64,000 nucleotides of DNA from an uncultured Gemmatimonadales bacterium (lineage in GTDB: Bacteria; Gemmatimonadota; Gemmatimonadetes; Gemmatimonadales; GWC2-71-9), in contig CAWGSK010000012.1 of assembly GCA_963825055.1 (NCBI GenBank), forward strand, positions 64,001 through 128,000. The letters are read 5' to 3'. Both the position numbers and the translations under genes were made by a program. Positions 27,351 through 40,573 of this stretch are shown here, piece after piece (the stretch's first letter is position 1; each line of letters starts with the position of its first letter). The notes below the pieces were generated by a model that did not search any database, was not told where the DNA came from, and worked only from the letters and a program-made list of their open reading frames with translations.

Positions 27351-29441
27351 ATGGCACGGGAAACTCCACTCCAGCACTACCGCAATATCGGCATCATGGC
27401 GCACATCGATGCCGGGAAGACCACCACCACGGAGCGCATCCTCTTCTACACCGGCAAGAACTACAAAATCGGTGAGGTGCACGAGGGCGCGGCGACGATG
27501 GACTGGATGGAGCAGGAGCAGGAGCGGGGGATCACCATCACGTCCGCCGCCACCACCTGTTTCTGGAAGCGGAACGACACCCTGATCCGGATCAACCTGA
27601 TCGACACCCCGGGCCACGTGGACTTCACGGCCGAGGTGGAGCGGTCGCTCCGGGTGCTGGACGGGGCGGTGGCCGTGCTGGACGCGGTGAGCGGCGTCGA
27701 GCCCCAGACCGAGACGGTCTGGCGCCAGGCGGACCGCTACGGCGTGCCGCGGATCATCTTCGTCAACAAGATGGACCGGGTCGGCGCCGATTTCGACCGC
27801 TGCCTGACCATGATCAGGGACCGTCTGGGCTGCCGTGCCATCCCGATCCAGATTCCCCTGGGCTCCGCCGAGCTGTTCACCGGCCACATCGACATCATCC
27901 GCCGGATGGAGCGGGTCTTCGACGACGAGTCACTCGGCGCCAAGTGGTACGACGGCCCGGTGCCCGACGCCTTCACCGAGCGGGTGTCGACACTCCGGCA
28001 CGAGCTCATCGAGGCCGTGGCCGAGACGGACGACGCCCTGCTCGAGAAGTACCTCGGTGGAGAGGAACTCACCGAGGACGAGATCCGCGCGGGGCTCCGC
28101 AAGGCGACCATCGCGGGGCAGGTGGTGCCGGTGCTCTGCGGCAGTGCCTTCAAGAACAAGGGTGTCCAGTCGCTGCTCGATGCGGTGGTGGACTACCTGC
28201 CCAGCCCGATGGAAGTGCCGGCCATCACCGGGCACGAGCCCCTGCATGACGACACCCATATCCAGCGCCGGACGGCGGACAACGAGCCGCTGGCGGCGCT
28301 GGTATTCAAGATCATGACCGACCCGTACGTGGGCCGGCTGTCATATTTCCGGGTCTACTCCGGCACCCTCAAGGCAGGGAGCCACGTCTACAACAGCAGC
28401 AAGGACACCCGGGAACGGGTCGGCCGCCTCCTGCAGATGCACGCGAACAAGCGAGAGGAGATCGAGGAGGTCCGCGCCGGTGACATCGCCGCCGGGATCG
28501 GCCTCAAGGCAGCGCGGACCGGCGATACCCTCTGTGACGAGGACAAGCCGATCATCCTGGAGGCGATGAAGTTCCCGAACCCGGTGATCGACGTTGCCAT
28601 CGAGCCCAAGACCAAGGCCGACCAGGACAAGCTGGCCATGGCGATGCAGAAGCTGGCCGAGGAAGATCCGACCTTCCAGGTCCGGACCGACCAGGAGACC
28701 GGCCAGACCATCATCGCCGGCATGGGTGAGCTCCACCTGGAGATCCTGGTGGACCGGATGAAGCGGGAGTTCAAGGTGGAGGCCAATGTCGGCCGCCCGC
28801 GGGTGGCCTACCGCGAGACCATCACGAAGAAGGTGGAAAAGGTCGAGGGCAAGTTCGTCCGGCAATCGGGCGGCAAGGGCCAGTACGGCCACGTGGTGAT
28901 CAACCTCGAGCCGGCCGAGGCGGGCGCGGGGTTCGTTTTCGAGGACAAGATCGTGGGTGGCGTCATTCCCCGGGAATTCATCAAGCCGGTGGAGGCGGGC
29001 ATCAGGGAGGCCCTGGAGAACGGGATCCTGGCCGGCTACCCCATGGTGGACGTCAAGGCCAGCCTGGTCTACGGCAGCTACCACGATGTGGACAGCTCGG
29101 AAATGGCGTTCAAGATCGCCGGCTCCATGGCGGTCAAGGAGGCGGCCCGGATGGCGCGTCCGGTGATCCTGGAGCCGGTCATGGAGGTCGAGGTCGTGGC
29201 CCCGGGCGAGTATCTGGGTGACGTCATCGGCGATCTCTCCAGCCGGAGGGGCAAGATCGGCGGCATGACCCAGCGGGGCGAGGCCCAGGTGGTGGCGGCC
29301 ACGGTGCCGCTGGGCGAGATGTTCGGCTATTCCACGACGCTCCGGTCGATGAGCCAGGGGCGCGCGGTCTACTCGATGGAGTTCGACCACTACGAAGAGG
29401 TCCCCAAGGCGATTGCCGAGGAGATTATCGCCAAGAAATAG
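27351..29441 (+). CDS. fusA: Elongation factor G
   Basis: ATG at 27351 (MARETPL), [27 protein letters not shown]. Confidence 0.99.
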   Translation: MARETPLQHYRNIGIMAHIDAGKTTTTERILFYTGKNYKIGEVHEGAATMDWMEQEQERGITITSAATTCFWKRNDTLIRINLIDTPGHVDFTAEVERSLRVLDGAVAVLDAVSGVEPQTETVWRQADRYGVPRIIFVNKMDRVGADFDRCLTMIRDRLGCRAIPIQIPLGSAELFTGHIDIIRRMERVFDDESLGAKWYDGPVPDAFTERVSTLRHELIEAVAETDDALLEKYLGGEELTEDEIRAGLRKATIAGQVVPVLCGSAFKNKGVQSLLDAVVDYLPSPMEVPAITGHEPLHDDTHIQRRTADNEPLAALVFKIMTDPYVGRLSYFRVYSGTLKAGSHVYNSSKDTRERVGRLLQMHANKREEIEEVRAGDIAAGIGLKAARTGDTLCDEDKPIILEAMKFPNPVIDVAIEPKTKADQDKLAMAMQKLAEEDPTFQVRTDQETGQTIIAGMGELHLEILVDRMKREFKVEANVGRPRVAYRETITKKVEKVEGKFVRQSGGKGQYGHVVINLEPAEAGAGFVFEDKIVGGVIPREFIKPVEAGIREALENGILAGYPMVDVKASLVYGSYHDVDSSEMAFKIAGSMAVKEAARMARPVILEPVMEVEVVAPGEYLGDVIGDLSSRRGKIGGMTQRGEAQVVAATVPLGEMFGYSTTLRSMSQGRAVYSMEFDHYEEVPKAIAEEIIAKK

Positions 29442-29524
29442 TGAATAGTGATTAGTGCCTGGAGGGCAGGCTCCACGCGGGTCACCCCAGCCCTGATTCA
29501 CTAATCACTATTCACGACTCACTT
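29439..29524. repeat. Heptamer-repeat hairpin
   Basis: TAGTGAA/TAGTGAT/TAGTGCC ... TTCACTA/ATCACTA/TTCACGA/CTCACTT. Confidence 0.88.
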
Positions 29525-29564
29525 GGAGGTCGCGGGAGGCAGGTGAGGGTCTCCTCCCTCCCCA

Positions 29565-29592
29565 TTGACTTACCCCGGACAGGGATTAATTT
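29565..29592 (+). promoter_or_regulatory. Candidate sigma70 promoter for tuf2/S10 operon
   Basis: TTGACT-N16-TAATTT. Confidence 0.5.
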
Positions 29593-29859
29593 TTCGGGGC
29601 TCCGGGAGAACGGCGTTTTCCCGGGAAGACAACGGGTTACGTGACGCGGAATTCGGCGCCACCTCTGTCCCTCCAGCACAACGCGTCGGTCCTGTGGTTC
29701 GGGACCTCATCCAGGGCGGTAGTGCCCGGATGCGCGCGGAGCGATACCACCGGGTTACGGCCCGGGCTCGGTCGCCCCGCTTTTTCGTTGGGGGTCGGGG
29801 CGGGCTGCCGGTTGGCGATCACAAGGTCGAGTACAGCTTTCTTCACGGAGTATGCCAGG

Positions 29860-31053
<1,194 letters not shown>

Positions 31054-31080
31054 GACTCGCGGGAGCACTGAGGACTACCT

Positions 31081-31389
31081 ATGGCAGGCAAGATCCGCAT
31101 CCGGCTCAAGGCGTTTGACCACGTCGTGCTGGACCAGGCCGCGGCCGACATCGTGCGCACGGCCGAGAAGACCGGCGCCCAGATTTCCGGCCCCATCCCG
31201 CTTCCGGTGAAGATCGAGCGGTGGACGGTGCTGCGCAGCCCGCACGTGGACAAGAAGAGCCGTGAGCAGTTCGAGCTCCGGACGCACAAGCGGCTGCTGG
31301 ATATCAACGACTCCCGGTCCCAGACGGTGGACGCGCTGACGAAGCTGGATCTGCCGGCCGGGGTCGACGTCGAGATCAAGGTCGAATAG
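31081..31389 (+). CDS. rpsJ: 30S ribosomal protein S10
   Basis: [23 protein letters not shown]. Confidence 0.99.
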   Translation: MAGKIRIRLKAFDHVVLDQAAADIVRTAEKTGAQISGPIPLPVKIERWTVLRSPHVDKKSREQFELRTHKRLLDINDSRSQTVDALTKLDLPAGVDVEIKVE

Positions 31390-31391
31390 CC

Positions 31392-32015
31392 ATGGCACTC
31401 GGACTGATCGGTCGGAAGCTCGGGATGACCCGGGTGTTCACGGAGGACGGCAACTCGATCCCGGTGACGGTGATCGAGGCCGGGCCCTGCCGGGTGACGC
31501 GCGTGAGCGAGGGCATCGTGCAGCTCGGCTTCGGCAGCAAGCGCGCCGTGCGCACCACGAAGGCGGAGCTCGGCCACGTGAAGGCGGCCGGCCTCGAGGC
31601 GGCGCCGCGGATCCTGCGTGCCTTCCCCCGTGACGCGGACGCGCCGGAACTCGGCAGCGAGGTCACGGTGGGCATGTTTGCTCCCGGCGACGTGGTCAAG
31701 GTGAGCGGCCGGAGCAAGGGCCGCGGTTTCCAGGGTGTGGTGCACCGTTACGGCTTCGGCGGCGGCCCCGCCTCCCACGGCAACACGCGGCACCGCAAGC
31801 CGGGCTCCATCGGGCCGGGCACCAACCCCTCGCGGGTCATCAAGGGGAAGCGGATGCCCGGGCACATGGGCGACCATCGCCATACCGAACTGGGGCTCTC
31901 GGTCGTGAAGATCGATCCCGAGCGCAACCTGCTGTTCGTCCGGGGCGCTGTCCCGGGTTCGAAGAACGGCATCGTGGTCGTGCGCAAGCAGGAGAGGAAG
32001 AACCGGTATGCTTGA
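31392..32015 (+). CDS. rplC: 50S ribosomal protein L3
   Basis: [28 protein letters not shown]. Confidence 0.98.
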   Translation: MALGLIGRKLGMTRVFTEDGNSIPVTVIEAGPCRVTRVSEGIVQLGFGSKRAVRTTKAELGHVKAAGLEAAPRILRAFPRDADAPELGSEVTVGMFAPGDVVKVSGRSKGRGFQGVVHRYGFGGGPASHGNTRHRKPGSIGPGTNPSRVIKGKRMPGHMGDHRHTELGLSVVKIDPERNLLFVRGAVPGSKNGIVVVRKQERKNRYA

Positions 32016-32880
32016 GGCTCCGCACTTTTCGCCGGCCGGCGCGCGCCGCGACGGGGCTTTTGCCCTGCCGGAGGAGTACTTCGACGGGACCGTCCACCGG
32101 CCGGTGCTGCACCAGGCCGTGCGGGCGTACCTGAACAACCAGCGCCAGGGAACCGCCGCCACGAAGACCCGTTCCGAGGTCTCGGGCGGCAACCAGAAGC
32201 CGTGGAAGCAGAAGGGCACCGGCCGCGCGCGGCAGGGCTCGATCCGCGCCCCCCACTGGCGGGGCGGCGGGACCGTGTTCGGGCCGCAGCCGCGGAGCTA
32301 CCGGACCGACCTGCCGAAGAAGGTGCGCCAGCTCGCCCGCCGGAGTGCGCTGAACGCGCGCGCGAGCGAGGGGGGCCTCTTCGTGGTGGAGCGCCTCCGC
32401 TTCGACGCGCCGCGCACCGCGCTCCTGCTCGAGCTGCTGCGCCGGCTGGAGATCGCGGACCGGAAGGTCCTGGTCCTCACGCGCGGCACCAGCGAGGCCG
32501 TCTACCTGAGCGGGCGGAACCTGTCCCGCGTGAAGGTGATGGACTACCAGGAGGCCTCGGCCTATGACGTCCTCTGGTCGGAGGTCGTCGTGGTGGAGGA
32601 GTCCGCGCTGACGGGCGAGGAGCCGGCGGCGGGCGACGAGGCCGCGCTCGAGGTTACGAAGGCGGCGCCCCGGGCCAAGGCGGCCCCGAAGGCCCCTGCG
32701 GCGAAGACGGCCGCGAAGAAGCCGGCGGCGAAGAAGGCCGTGAAGAAGAAGGCCACGAAGAAGGCCGCGAAGAAGGCCGTGAAGAAGAAGGCCTCGCCGC
32801 GGAAGGCCACGGCGACGGCCGCGAAGAAGAAGAAGTCCACCACCGCGAAGAAGTCCACGCGGAAGAAGGGGAGCAAGTAG
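32008..32880 (+). CDS. rplD: 50S ribosomal protein L4 with Lys/Ala-rich C-terminal tail
   Basis: [20 protein letters not shown]; tail of about 80 aa. Confidence 0.97.
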   Translation: MLEAPHFSPAGARRDGAFALPEEYFDGTVHRPVLHQAVRAYLNNQRQGTAATKTRSEVSGGNQKPWKQKGTGRARQGSIRAPHWRGGGTVFGPQPRSYRTDLPKKVRQLARRSALNARASEGGLFVVERLRFDAPRTALLLELLRRLEIADRKVLVLTRGTSEAVYLSGRNLSRVKVMDYQEASAYDVLWSEVVVVEESALTGEEPAAGDEAALEVTKAAPRAKAAPKAPAAKTAAKKPAAKKAVKKKATKKAAKKAVKKKASPRKATATAAKKKKSTTAKKSTRKKGSK

Positions 32881-33168
32881 ATGCCCGCCCTGCACGAGAT
32901 CATCGTCCGCCCGGTCATGACGGAGAAGAGCTCCGCCGCGTTCCAGGCCCGTGGCGAATACACGTTCATGGTCCACCCGCAGGCGACCAAGCACCAGATC
33001 CGGGACGCGCTGGCCCGGCTCTTCGAGGTCACCGTCACGGACGTGCGCACCATGCAGGTCCGGCGGGAGACCGTCTACCGGGGTCGCACGCGGGGCCAGA
33101 CGTCCCGGTGGAAGAAGGCGATCGTCACCCTGAAGGAAGGGGATACCCTCCCCGTATTCGAGGGCTGA
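32881..33168 (+). CDS. rplW: 50S ribosomal protein L23
   Basis: [16 protein letters not shown]. Confidence 0.97.
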   Translation: MPALHEIIVRPVMTEKSSAAFQARGEYTFMVHPQATKHQIRDALARLFEVTVTDVRTMQVRRETVYRGRTRGQTSRWKKAIVTLKEGDTLPVFEG

Positions 33169-33169
33169 G

Positions 33170-34009
33170 ATGAGCACGAGACAGTTCAGACCGATCACGC
33201 CGGGCACGCGCTTCCGGATGGTCTCCGGATTTGACGAGATCACCCGGGACACGCCGGAGAAGTCGCTGCTCGAGCCGATCCGCGCCAAAGGTGGCCGGAA
33301 CAACCATGGCCACATCACGGTGCGGCACCGGGGGGGCGGGCACAAGCGCCAGTACCGGAAGATCGACTTCCGGCGGGACAAGTTCGGCGTCCCGGGCCGC
33401 GTGGCCGAGATCGAGTACGATCCGAACCGGAGCGCGCGGATCGCCCTGATCGTCTATGCGGACGGCGAGAAGCGCTACATCCTGCACCCCAAGGGCCTGG
33501 CGCAGGGGGACACGGTGGTCTCGGGTCCTGGCTCGGACGCGCGGACGGGCAATGCTCTGCCGCTCTCGGAGATCCCGCTCGGCACCACGGTGCACAACAT
33601 CGAGCTCAAGGTCGGCAAGGGCGGGCAGATGGCCCGCGGCGCCGGCACCAGCGCGCAGGTGATGGCGAAGGAGGGCAAGTACGTCACCCTCCGGCTCAAG
33701 AGCACCGAGATGCGGATGGTGCTGGGCCAGTGCCTGGCGACCATCGGCGAAGTGGGCAACGGCGAGCACGAGCTGCTGTCGGTCGGCAAGGCCGGCAAGA
33801 AGCGGTGGCTCGGCCGGCGTCCGAAGGTCCGTGGCGTCGCCATGAACCCGGTGGACCACCCGCTGGGTGGTGGCGAGGGCAAGAGCTCCGGCGGCCGGCC
33901 GCCGACCTCGCCCTGGGGCAAGCGGGAGGGCATCAAGACCCGGGCCCCCAAGAAGAAGTCGAACCGGCTCATTGTCCGCGGGCGCAAGCGCGGCAAGGCG
34001 ACCAAGTAA
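33170..34009 (+). CDS. rplB: 50S ribosomal protein L2
   Basis: [24 protein letters not shown]. Confidence 0.99.
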   Translation: MSTRQFRPITPGTRFRMVSGFDEITRDTPEKSLLEPIRAKGGRNNHGHITVRHRGGGHKRQYRKIDFRRDKFGVPGRVAEIEYDPNRSARIALIVYADGEKRYILHPKGLAQGDTVVSGPGSDARTGNALPLSEIPLGTTVHNIELKVGKGGQMARGAGTSAQVMAKEGKYVTLRLKSTEMRMVLGQCLATIGEVGNGEHELLSVGKAGKKRWLGRRPKVRGVAMNPVDHPLGGGEGKSSGGRPPTSPWGKREGIKTRAPKKKSNRLIVRGRKRGKATK

Positions 34010-34033
34010 GCCAGCTCTGACCGAGACGGGACT

Positions 34034-34324
34034 ATGTCGAGAAGTGTCAAGAAGGGACCGTTCGTGCAGGAGGCGCTGCTCCTCAAGGTGCAGAAGCTGA
34101 ACAGCCTGAACGACAAAAAAGTGGTGAAGACCTGGAGCCGTGCGAGCACTATCCTGCCCGAGTTCGTGGGGCACACGTTCGCGGTGCACAACGGCAACAA
34201 GTTCATCCCCGTCTACGTGACGGAAAACATGGTGGGTCACAAGCTCGGCGAGTTCGCCCCGACCCGGCTGTTCCGGGGGCACAGCGGCAGGCTCGTCGCC
34301 GACAAGAAGGCGAAGCCATCGTGA
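34034..34324 (+). CDS. rpsS: 30S ribosomal protein S19
   Basis: [20 protein letters not shown]. Confidence 0.99.
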   Translation: MSRSVKKGPFVQEALLLKVQKLNSLNDKKVVKTWSRASTILPEFVGHTFAVHNGNKFIPVYVTENMVGHKLGEFAPTRLFRGHSGRLVADKKAKPS

Positions 34325-34683
34325 GCACCGAAGCCAGAGCGATCCAGCGGCTGGTCCGCCAGTCGCCGCGGAAGATGCGCCTCGTGATCGACCAGATCAG
34401 GGGCAAGAACGTGAACGAGGCGTACGCCATCCTCCAGTTCAGCAAGAAGCTGGCGGCGAAGCAGATCGCGAAGACGCTCCGCTCCGCCGTGGCCAATGCC
34501 GAGCAGAAGGCGATGCAGAGCGGCGAGGCGTTTGACGTCGACGAGCTGGTGGTGACGCGGGCGGTGGTGGACATGGGTCAGCCGCTGAAGCGCTACACGA
34601 TGGCCGCCCAGGGTCGGGCGACCCCGATCCGCAAGCGGACCAGTCACGTGGAGATCCACGTGGCGGCGAGGGAGAGCGAGTAA
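34321..34683 (+). CDS. rplV: 50S ribosomal protein L22
   Basis: [20 protein letters not shown]. Confidence 0.98.
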   Translation: MSTEARAIQRLVRQSPRKMRLVIDQIRGKNVNEAYAILQFSKKLAAKQIAKTLRSAVANAEQKAMQSGEAFDVDELVVTRAVVDMGQPLKRYTMAAQGRATPIRKRTSHVEIHVAARESE

Positions 34684-35343
34684 ATGGGCCAGAAAACGCA
34701 TCCGGTCGGGCTCCGGCTCGGCATCGTCAAGCCGTGGAAGTCGCGCTGGTTTGCGACCAAGGAGATGCCGGCGCTGCTCAAGGAAGACGAGCTGATCCGG
34801 AAGTACCTGAAGGCGCGGCTCGGCCACGCGGCCATCGCCGAGGTGCAGATCGACCGGCGGCCGGGCAAGGCCACGGTCACCATCCATACCGGGCGGCCCG
34901 GCGTGGTGATCGGCAAGCGGGGCGCGGAGGTGGACAAGCTGCGCGACGAGCTGGCCCAGCTCACCGGCAAGGAGACGGCGGTGAACGTCGAGGAGATCAA
35001 GCGGCCGGAGCTCTCGGCCCAGCTGGTCGCCGACAACATCGCCCACCAGATCCGGCAGCGGATCAGCTTCCGGCGCGCCATGAAGCGCGCACTCCAGAGC
35101 GCGATGCGGATGGGCGCCCAGGGCATCAAGGTCCGGGCGTCGGGCCGGCTCGGCGGCGCGGAAATCGCCCGGACCGAGGGGTACCACGAGGGCCGGGTGC
35201 CGCTGCACACGCTGCGGGCAGACATCGACTACGCTACGAGCACGGCCAAGACCACGTACGGCACGGTCGGCATCAAGGTGTGGATCTTCAAGGGTGAGAT
35301 CGTTGAGGACCTCAGCGGCCGCACTTACAGCACGGGAGCCTGA
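34684..35343 (+). CDS. rpsC: 30S ribosomal protein S3
   Basis: [27 protein letters not shown]. Confidence 0.99.
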   Translation: MGQKTHPVGLRLGIVKPWKSRWFATKEMPALLKEDELIRKYLKARLGHAAIAEVQIDRRPGKATVTIHTGRPGVVIGKRGAEVDKLRDELAQLTGKETAVNVEEIKRPELSAQLVADNIAHQIRQRISFRRAMKRALQSAMRMGAQGIKVRASGRLGGAEIARTEGYHEGRVPLHTLRADIDYATSTAKTTYGTVGIKVWIFKGEIVEDLSGRTYSTGA

Positions 35344-35346
35344 GGC

Positions 35347-35760
35347 ATGCTGGCACCAAAGCGCGTCAAGTTCCGCAAGACCTTCAAGGGCCGGACGAAG
35401 GGCAAGGCCATCCGTGGCAGCTCGGTGTCGTTCGGCGAGTACGGGCTCATGACGCTCGATCCGGGCTGGATCACCAACCGGCAGATCGAGGCGGCCCGTG
35501 TCGCAATGACCCGCGAGATGAAGCGCGGCGGCAAGGTCTGGATCCGGATTTTCCCGGACAAGCCGATCACCAAGAAGCCCGCCGAGACCCGCATGGGGAA
35601 GGGCAAGGGCAACCCGGAGGGCTGGGTGGCCGTGGTGAAGCCGGGGCGGGTGATGTTCGAGGTCGAGGGTGTGGCCGTGGAACTCGCGCGGCGGGCCCTG
35701 GACCTGGCGGCGGCGAAGCTGCCGGTGCGCACGAAGATTATCCAGCGGACGGAGGTCTGA
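35347..35760 (+). CDS. rplP: 50S ribosomal protein L16
   Basis: [16 protein letters not shown]. Confidence 0.99.
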   Translation: MLAPKRVKFRKTFKGRTKGKAIRGSSVSFGEYGLMTLDPGWITNRQIEAARVAMTREMKRGGKVWIRIFPDKPITKKPAETRMGKGKGNPEGWVAVVKPGRVMFEVEGVAVELARRALDLAAAKLPVRTKIIQRTEV

Positions 35761-35764
35761 GCCG

Positions 35765-35977
35765 ATGACGACCACACAGGAACTCCGCGAGCAGTCGGAC
35801 GAGGATCTGGAGCAGAAGCTCGCCGAGCTGCAGGAAGAGCGGTTCCGCCTGCGGTTCCGCTCCGCGACTGAGGCGATCGAGAACCCCGTCCGCTTCCGGA
35901 CGCTGCGGCGGGAGATCGCCCGGGTGAAGACGCTGCTGCACGAACGCGCCGGCGAGGCGGAAGGGACGGAAGGATGA
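35765..35977 (+). CDS. rpmC: 50S ribosomal protein L29
   Basis: ATG at 35765; LRREIARVKT; gene order. Confidence 0.95.
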   Translation: MTTTQELREQSDEDLEQKLAELQEERFRLRFRSATEAIENPVRFRTLRREIARVKTLLHERAGEAEGTEG

Positions 35978-36246
35978 GCGAGGAGCAGACGGTCGAGACG
36001 CGGGCCCGCCGGAAGGTCAGGACCGGGGTCGTGACGAGCGACAAGATGCAGAAGACCGTGACCGTGGCCCTGACCCGGCGGCTGGCGCACCCGGTCTACG
36101 GCAAGCGCGTGACCCGCACCAACACAGTCAAGGCCCGCAATGAGATGGATGCGAAGGCCGGCGACACCGTGCGCGTCATGGAAACCCGGCCCCTGGCGAA
36201 GACGGTGCGCTGGCGGGTGGTGGACATCGTCGAGCGCGCGCGCTAA
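35974..36246 (+). CDS. rpsQ: 30S ribosomal protein S17
   Basis: [19 protein letters not shown]. Confidence 0.97.
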   Translation: MSEEQTVETRARRKVRTGVVTSDKMQKTVTVALTRRLAHPVYGKRVTRTNTVKARNEMDAKAGDTVRVMETRPLAKTVRWRVVDIVERAR

Positions 36247-36263
36247 GCGCGGCAGAGGCAGCC

Positions 36264-36632
36264 ATGATTCAACAGGAAACGGTGGTCAAGATCGCGGATA
36301 ATTCCGGCGCCCGGAAGGCGCTGATCATCCGCGTGCTCGGGGGCAGCAAGCGCCGCTACGCCGGCGTGGGCGACCGGGTCGTCGTGGCCATCAAGGACGC
36401 GATTCCCACGGGCCAGGTCAAGAAGGGGGACGTGGCCAAGGCGGTGATCGTCCGGACCGCGAAGGAGACCCGCCGCAAGGACGGGACCTACATCCGGTTT
36501 GACGAGAACGCTGCCGTGCTGATCACTGACGCGGGCGAGCCGCGCGCGACGCGCATCTTCGGGCCGGTGGCCCGGGAGCTGCGCGAGAAGCGCTACATGA
36601 AGATCGTCTCGCTGGCGCCGGAGGTGCTGTAA
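36264..36632 (+). CDS. rplN: 50S ribosomal protein L14
   Basis: [20 protein letters not shown]. Confidence 0.99.
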   Translation: MIQQETVVKIADNSGARKALIIRVLGGSKRRYAGVGDRVVVAIKDAIPTGQVKKGDVAKAVIVRTAKETRRKDGTYIRFDENAAVLITDAGEPRATRIFGPVARELREKRYMKIVSLAPEVL

Positions 36633-36633
36633 C

Positions 36634-37014
36634 ATGAAGCCGCTGGTGTACAAGAAGTCGCGCAAGAAGGCCCCGAAGCGGGCGCCGCGCATCCGGCTCC
36701 GGATCACCAAGGGTGACACGGTCCAGATCATCGCGGGCAACGACAAGGGCAAGCAGGGCACCGTCCTGCGCGCCGACCCGAAGACGGGCCGGATCACGGT
36801 GGAAGGCGTGAACCTGGTGAAGCGGCACCGCCGCGCCACGCAGAACAGCGAGGGCGGCATCATCGAGTTCGCGGCGCCGATCCACCACTCGAACGCAATG
36901 CTCATTGACCCGAAGTCGGGCGAACCCACGCGGGTGCGCCGGCGGAAGGACGACGACGGCACGGTCGAGCGGATCGCCGTCAGGTCGGGTGAACCGATTC
37001 CGAGGACGCGGTAG
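36634..37014 (+). CDS. rplX: 50S ribosomal protein L24
   Basis: KGDTVQIIAGNDKGK, VEGVN. Confidence 0.97.
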   Translation: MKPLVYKKSRKKAPKRAPRIRLRITKGDTVQIIAGNDKGKQGTVLRADPKTGRITVEGVNLVKRHRRATQNSEGGIIEFAAPIHHSNAMLIDPKSGEPTRVRRRKDDDGTVERIAVRSGEPIPRTR

Positions 37015-37016
37015 GC

Positions 37017-37670
37017 ATGGCCAAGGTCAAGGAACAGCAGGCGGGCGGCGGCAAGGGCAAGGGTGCCGGCGCCTACGCCGCAGACGAGGCGCCACAGGCG
37101 CGCGCGGGCGTGCCCCGCCTCCAGCAGCACTACGAGCAGACGGTCCGGCCGGCCCTCGCGAGCCAGTTCGGCCTCGCCAACCCGCATGAAGTGCCGCGGC
37201 TGGTGAAAGTCACGCTCAACGTCGGGCTCGGCGAGGCCGCCAAGAACCCGAAGCTCCTGGACGTGGTCCAGGAGGAAATGTCGGTGATCGCCGGCCAGCG
37301 CGCCGTGGTCACCAAGGCCAAGAAGGCGATCTCGAACTTCAGCCTCCGTGCCGGCATGCCGGTCGGCGTCACCGTGACGCTCCGCGGCCCGCGGATGTAC
37401 GAGTTCCTGGACCGGTTCATCAACGTGGTGATCCCCCGGATGCGGGATTTCCGCGGGCTGCCGAACCGGAGCTTCGACGGGCGGGGCAACTACTCCTTCG
37501 GCGTGAAGGAGCAGATGATCTTCCCGGAGATCGATTACGACAAGGTGGACAAGATCCACGGTATGGATATCACGATCGTGACGAGTGCGGGGCGGGATGA
37601 CCTGGCCCTGGCGCTCCTGCGGGAATTCGGGTGGCCTTTCCGGGGTGAAACGCCGCGCGCGGTGGCGTAA
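37017..37670 (+). CDS. rplE: 50S ribosomal protein L5
   Basis: [23 protein letters not shown]. Confidence 0.98.
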   Translation: MAKVKEQQAGGGKGKGAGAYAADEAPQARAGVPRLQQHYEQTVRPALASQFGLANPHEVPRLVKVTLNVGLGEAAKNPKLLDVVQEEMSVIAGQRAVVTKAKKAISNFSLRAGMPVGVTVTLRGPRMYEFLDRFINVVIPRMRDFRGLPNRSFDGRGNYSFGVKEQMIFPEIDYDKVDKIHGMDITIVTSAGRDDLALALLREFGWPFRGETPRAVA

Positions 37671-37692
37671 CCGGGTCTCTAGAGGAGTTCTG

Positions 37693-37878
37693 ATGGCGAA
37701 GACGTGTTGGATCGAGCGGGCGAAGCGGCCCCCGAAGTTCAAGTCGCGGGTGGTGCGGCGCTGCCAGCGGTGCGGGCGGTCCCGCGCCTTCATCCGGAAG
37801 TTCGGCCTGTGTCGCATCTGCTTTCGTGAGCTCGCGCTGAAGGGCGAGATCCCGGGCGTGCGCAAGGCAAGCTGGTAA
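37693..37878 (+). CDS. rpsN: 30S ribosomal protein S14 type Z
   Basis: 61 aa; CQRCGR...CRICFRE zinc motif. Confidence 0.97.
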   Translation: MAKTCWIERAKRPPKFKSRVVRRCQRCGRSRAFIRKFGLCRICFRELALKGEIPGVRKASW

Positions 37879-37892
37879 GGGGACACGCGACT

Positions 37893-38288
37893 ATGAGCAT
37901 GACTGACCCGATTGCGGAAATGCTGACCCGGATCCGGAACGCCTGTGCGGCCGGACACCGGCGGGTGGACATCCCGGTCTCGCGGTTGAAGACCGAGCTG
38001 GCCCGCCTGCTGCGGGACAATCACTACATCGTCGACTACAAGGTGCTCGACGATGGGGCGCATGGCGTCCTCCGCGTGTACCTGAAGTACCACAACGAGA
38101 CCCCGGTCATCCGCGAACTGAAGCGGGTGTCCACCCCGGGCCTGCGGCGCTACGTCAAGAGCCGCGAGCTGCCCCGGGTCAAGAACGGCCTCGGGATGGC
38201 GATCGTCTCGACCCCGCGCGGGCTCATGACCGATCGCGACGCCCGCTCGGCCAACCTCGGCGGCGAACTGCTCGCCACGGTCTGGTAG
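37893..38288 (+). CDS. rpsH: 30S ribosomal protein S8
   Basis: [21 protein letters not shown]. Confidence 0.98.
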   Translation: MSMTDPIAEMLTRIRNACAAGHRRVDIPVSRLKTELARLLRDNHYIVDYKVLDDGAHGVLRVYLKYHNETPVIRELKRVSTPGLRRYVKSRELPRVKNGLGMAIVSTPRGLMTDRDARSANLGGELLATVW

Positions 38289-38296
38289 GAGTCGAC

Positions 38297-38836
38297 ATGT
38301 CGCGTATCGGAAAGAAGCCGGTTCCAGTGCCCAAGGGCGTGAGCACGACGCTCGATGGCCGGATCCTCACGGTGAAGGGCCCGAAGGGCGAGCTCAGGCG
38401 GACCCTGCACCCGGAGATGGTCCTCGCGGTCGAGGACGGGACCATCACGGTGACCCGCCCGTCGGACGAGAAGCGCCACAAGGCGCTCCACGGCCTGACC
38501 CGGAGCCTGGTCAACAACATGGTCGAGGGCGTCACGCGGGGCTTTTCCCGCACGCTCGAGATTCAGGGCGTCGGCTACAAGGCCGAGGCCAAACCCTACG
38601 GCGTAAACCTGCTGGTCGGGTATTCCCACCCGGTGCAGTACAAGGCGCCGGAGGGGGTCAAGATCTCGGTCGAGAACAACACGGTCGTCAGGATCGAGGG
38701 CGCCGACAAGGAAGCCGTCGGCCAGGTGGCCGCAGAGCTGCGCGGGTTCCGGCCCCCCGAGCCCTACAAGGGCAAGGGCATCCGGTACCAGGGCGAGCAG
38801 GTGCGCCGCAAGGCCGGCAAGACAGGAGCCAAGTAA
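38297..38836 (+). CDS. rplF: 50S ribosomal protein L6
   Basis: [18 protein letters not shown]. Confidence 0.99.
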   Translation: MSRIGKKPVPVPKGVSTTLDGRILTVKGPKGELRRTLHPEMVLAVEDGTITVTRPSDEKRHKALHGLTRSLVNNMVEGVTRGFSRTLEIQGVGYKAEAKPYGVNLLVGYSHPVQYKAPEGVKISVENNTVVRIEGADKEAVGQVAAELRGFRPPEPYKGKGIRYQGEQVRRKAGKTGAK

Positions 38837-39207
38837 TGCGTTCGATCCATGCCCCGAAGACCCGTCGCGACCTCCGGCGCCGCCGGCAGCTCCGCGTGCG
38901 CAAGAAGGTCGCCGGTACGCCCGAGCGGCCGCGCCTGACCGTGTTCCGCTCGCTGAGGCACATCTATGCCCAGCTGGTCGACGACCAGGCCGGGGTGGTG
39001 ATGCTCGGCGTGGGGGACTCCAGCGAGGGGGTCACTGCGGACGGCGCCGGGAAGGTCGGCCGCGGCAAGGCCGTGGGCAAGCTGCTGGCAGAGAAGGCGA
39101 AGGCCGCCGGGATCAGCAAGGTGGTCTTCGACCGCGCCGGCTACCGATATCATGGACGCGTCAAGGCCGTGGCCGAAGGCGCCCGCGAAGGCGGATTGGA
39201 GTTCTAG
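38836..39207 (+). CDS. rplR: 50S ribosomal protein L18
   Basis: [21 protein letters not shown]. Confidence 0.98.
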   Translation: MRSIHAPKTRRDLRRRRQLRVRKKVAGTPERPRLTVFRSLRHIYAQLVDDQAGVVMLGVGDSSEGVTADGAGKVGRGKAVGKLLAEKAKAAGISKVVFDRAGYRYHGRVKAVAEGAREGGLEF

Positions 39208-39208
39208 G

Positions 39209-39913
39209 ATGGCGAACGAACAGGATACACCGGCCGCCGAGGCCGCACAGCAGCCTCCCCAGCAGGCCGAGGGCACGGCAACCGCCGGACCGGGCGGCGG
39301 CCAGGGCGGACCAGGCGGTCGGGAGCGTGGTGGCCGGGGTCGCGGGCCTCGCCAGGGTGGCGGCGGTGGCCGGGGCGGACGCCGGGGCGACCGGGACCGC
39401 GATCACGCCAGTGACCTGGTGGAGAACGTGGTCGCCATCAACCGCGTCGCCAAGGTGGTCAAGGGCGGGCGCCGGTTCAGCTTCAACGCGCTCGTGGCGG
39501 TTGGCGACGGCAAGGGCAAGGTCGGCATCGCGACCGGCAAGGCGAATGAAGTCTCGGAAGCCGTCCGCAAGGCGGTCGAAGCCGCCAAGCGGGCCATGGT
39601 CGAGATGCCGCGGGTGGGCGCCACCATTCCCCACGAGATCGTCGGGGAACACGGTGCGGGGCGGGTGCTGCTGAAGCCCGCCGCCAGCGGTACCGGCGTC
39701 ATCGCGGGCGGGCCCGTCCGCGCGGTGCTGGAGTGCGCGGGGATCACCGACATCCTGACGAAGAGCCTGGGCTCGAACAACCCGCACAACATGGTGCGGG
39801 CGACGTTCGACGGCCTGTCCCGGCTGGTGACGGCCCGGCAGGTGGCCCGGGAGCGCGGAGTGGACGTGGACCAGATCCCCTTCAAGGGCCGACAGGAGAC
39901 GGTGAATGCCTAA
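39209..39913 (+). CDS. rpsE: 30S ribosomal protein S5 (Gly/Arg-rich N-extension)
   Basis: [23 protein letters not shown]. Confidence 0.98.
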   Translation: MANEQDTPAAEAAQQPPQQAEGTATAGPGGGQGGPGGRERGGRGRGPRQGGGGGRGGRRGDRDRDHASDLVENVVAINRVAKVVKGGRRFSFNALVAVGDGKGKVGIATGKANEVSEAVRKAVEAAKRAMVEMPRVGATIPHEIVGEHGAGRVLLKPAASGTGVIAGGPVRAVLECAGITDILTKSLGSNNPHNMVRATFDGLSRLVTARQVARERGVDVDQIPFKGRQETVNA

Positions 39914-40112
39914 GAAGACGACTGCCGCGCGGCTGCGGGTGACGCAGCGGCGCTCGGGCATCGGCCACGCGCAGACCTTCCGCCGCACGCTGGAAGCGCT
40001 TGGGCTGAGGCACCACCAGGCGACGGTCGAACTGCCCGACAACCCGTCGGTGCGTGGCATGCTGTACAAGGTGCGTCACCTCGTCGAGGTGACGCCGGTT
40101 GAGGAGGCGTGA
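39906..40112 (+). CDS. rpmD: 50S ribosomal protein L30
   Basis: TLEALGL, VRGML.KV.HLV. Confidence 0.96.
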   Translation: MPKKTTAARLRVTQRRSGIGHAQTFRRTLEALGLRHHQATVELPDNPSVRGMLYKVRHLVEVTPVEEA

Positions 40113-40573
40113 TGGCCGACGAGAAGCAGACTCCCAGTGTGACCCTGTCGAACCTGCGACCCGCCAAGGGTGCGACCCAGGTGCGCAAGCGCGTCGGCCG
40201 CGGGCCCGGCTCCGGCCTCGGCAAGACGTCAGGGCGGGGGCACAAGGGACACAAGGCACGCACCGGCGGGTCCACCAACCCGGGCTTCGAGGGCGGCCAG
40301 ATGCCGATGTACCGGCGGCTGCCCAAGCGCGGCTTCACCAACCCGTTCAAGGTGCGGGCCCAGCCCGTCAACCTGGCGGACCTGGAGCGCGTACAGGGCA
40401 CCGAGGTGACGCCCGAGACCCTCACGGCGGCCGGCCTGCTGAACAAGCCGTCTGACGCCGTGAAGCTCCTCGGCACCGGCGAGGTGTCGAAGGCCTACGC
40501 GGTCCGCGGCGTCCCCGCCTCCGCCAGCGCGAAGGCGAAGATTGAGGCGGCTGGCGGCACGGTCGAGGCGTAA
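40112..40573 (+). CDS. rplO: 50S ribosomal protein L15
   Basis: GRGPGSGLGKTSGRG, FEGGQMP. Confidence 0.98.
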   Translation: MADEKQTPSVTLSNLRPAKGATQVRKRVGRGPGSGLGKTSGRGHKGHKARTGGSTNPGFEGGQMPMYRRLPKRGFTNPFKVRAQPVNLADLERVQGTEVTPETLTAAGLLNKPSDAVKLLGTGEVSKAYAVRGVPASASAKAKIEAAGGTVEA

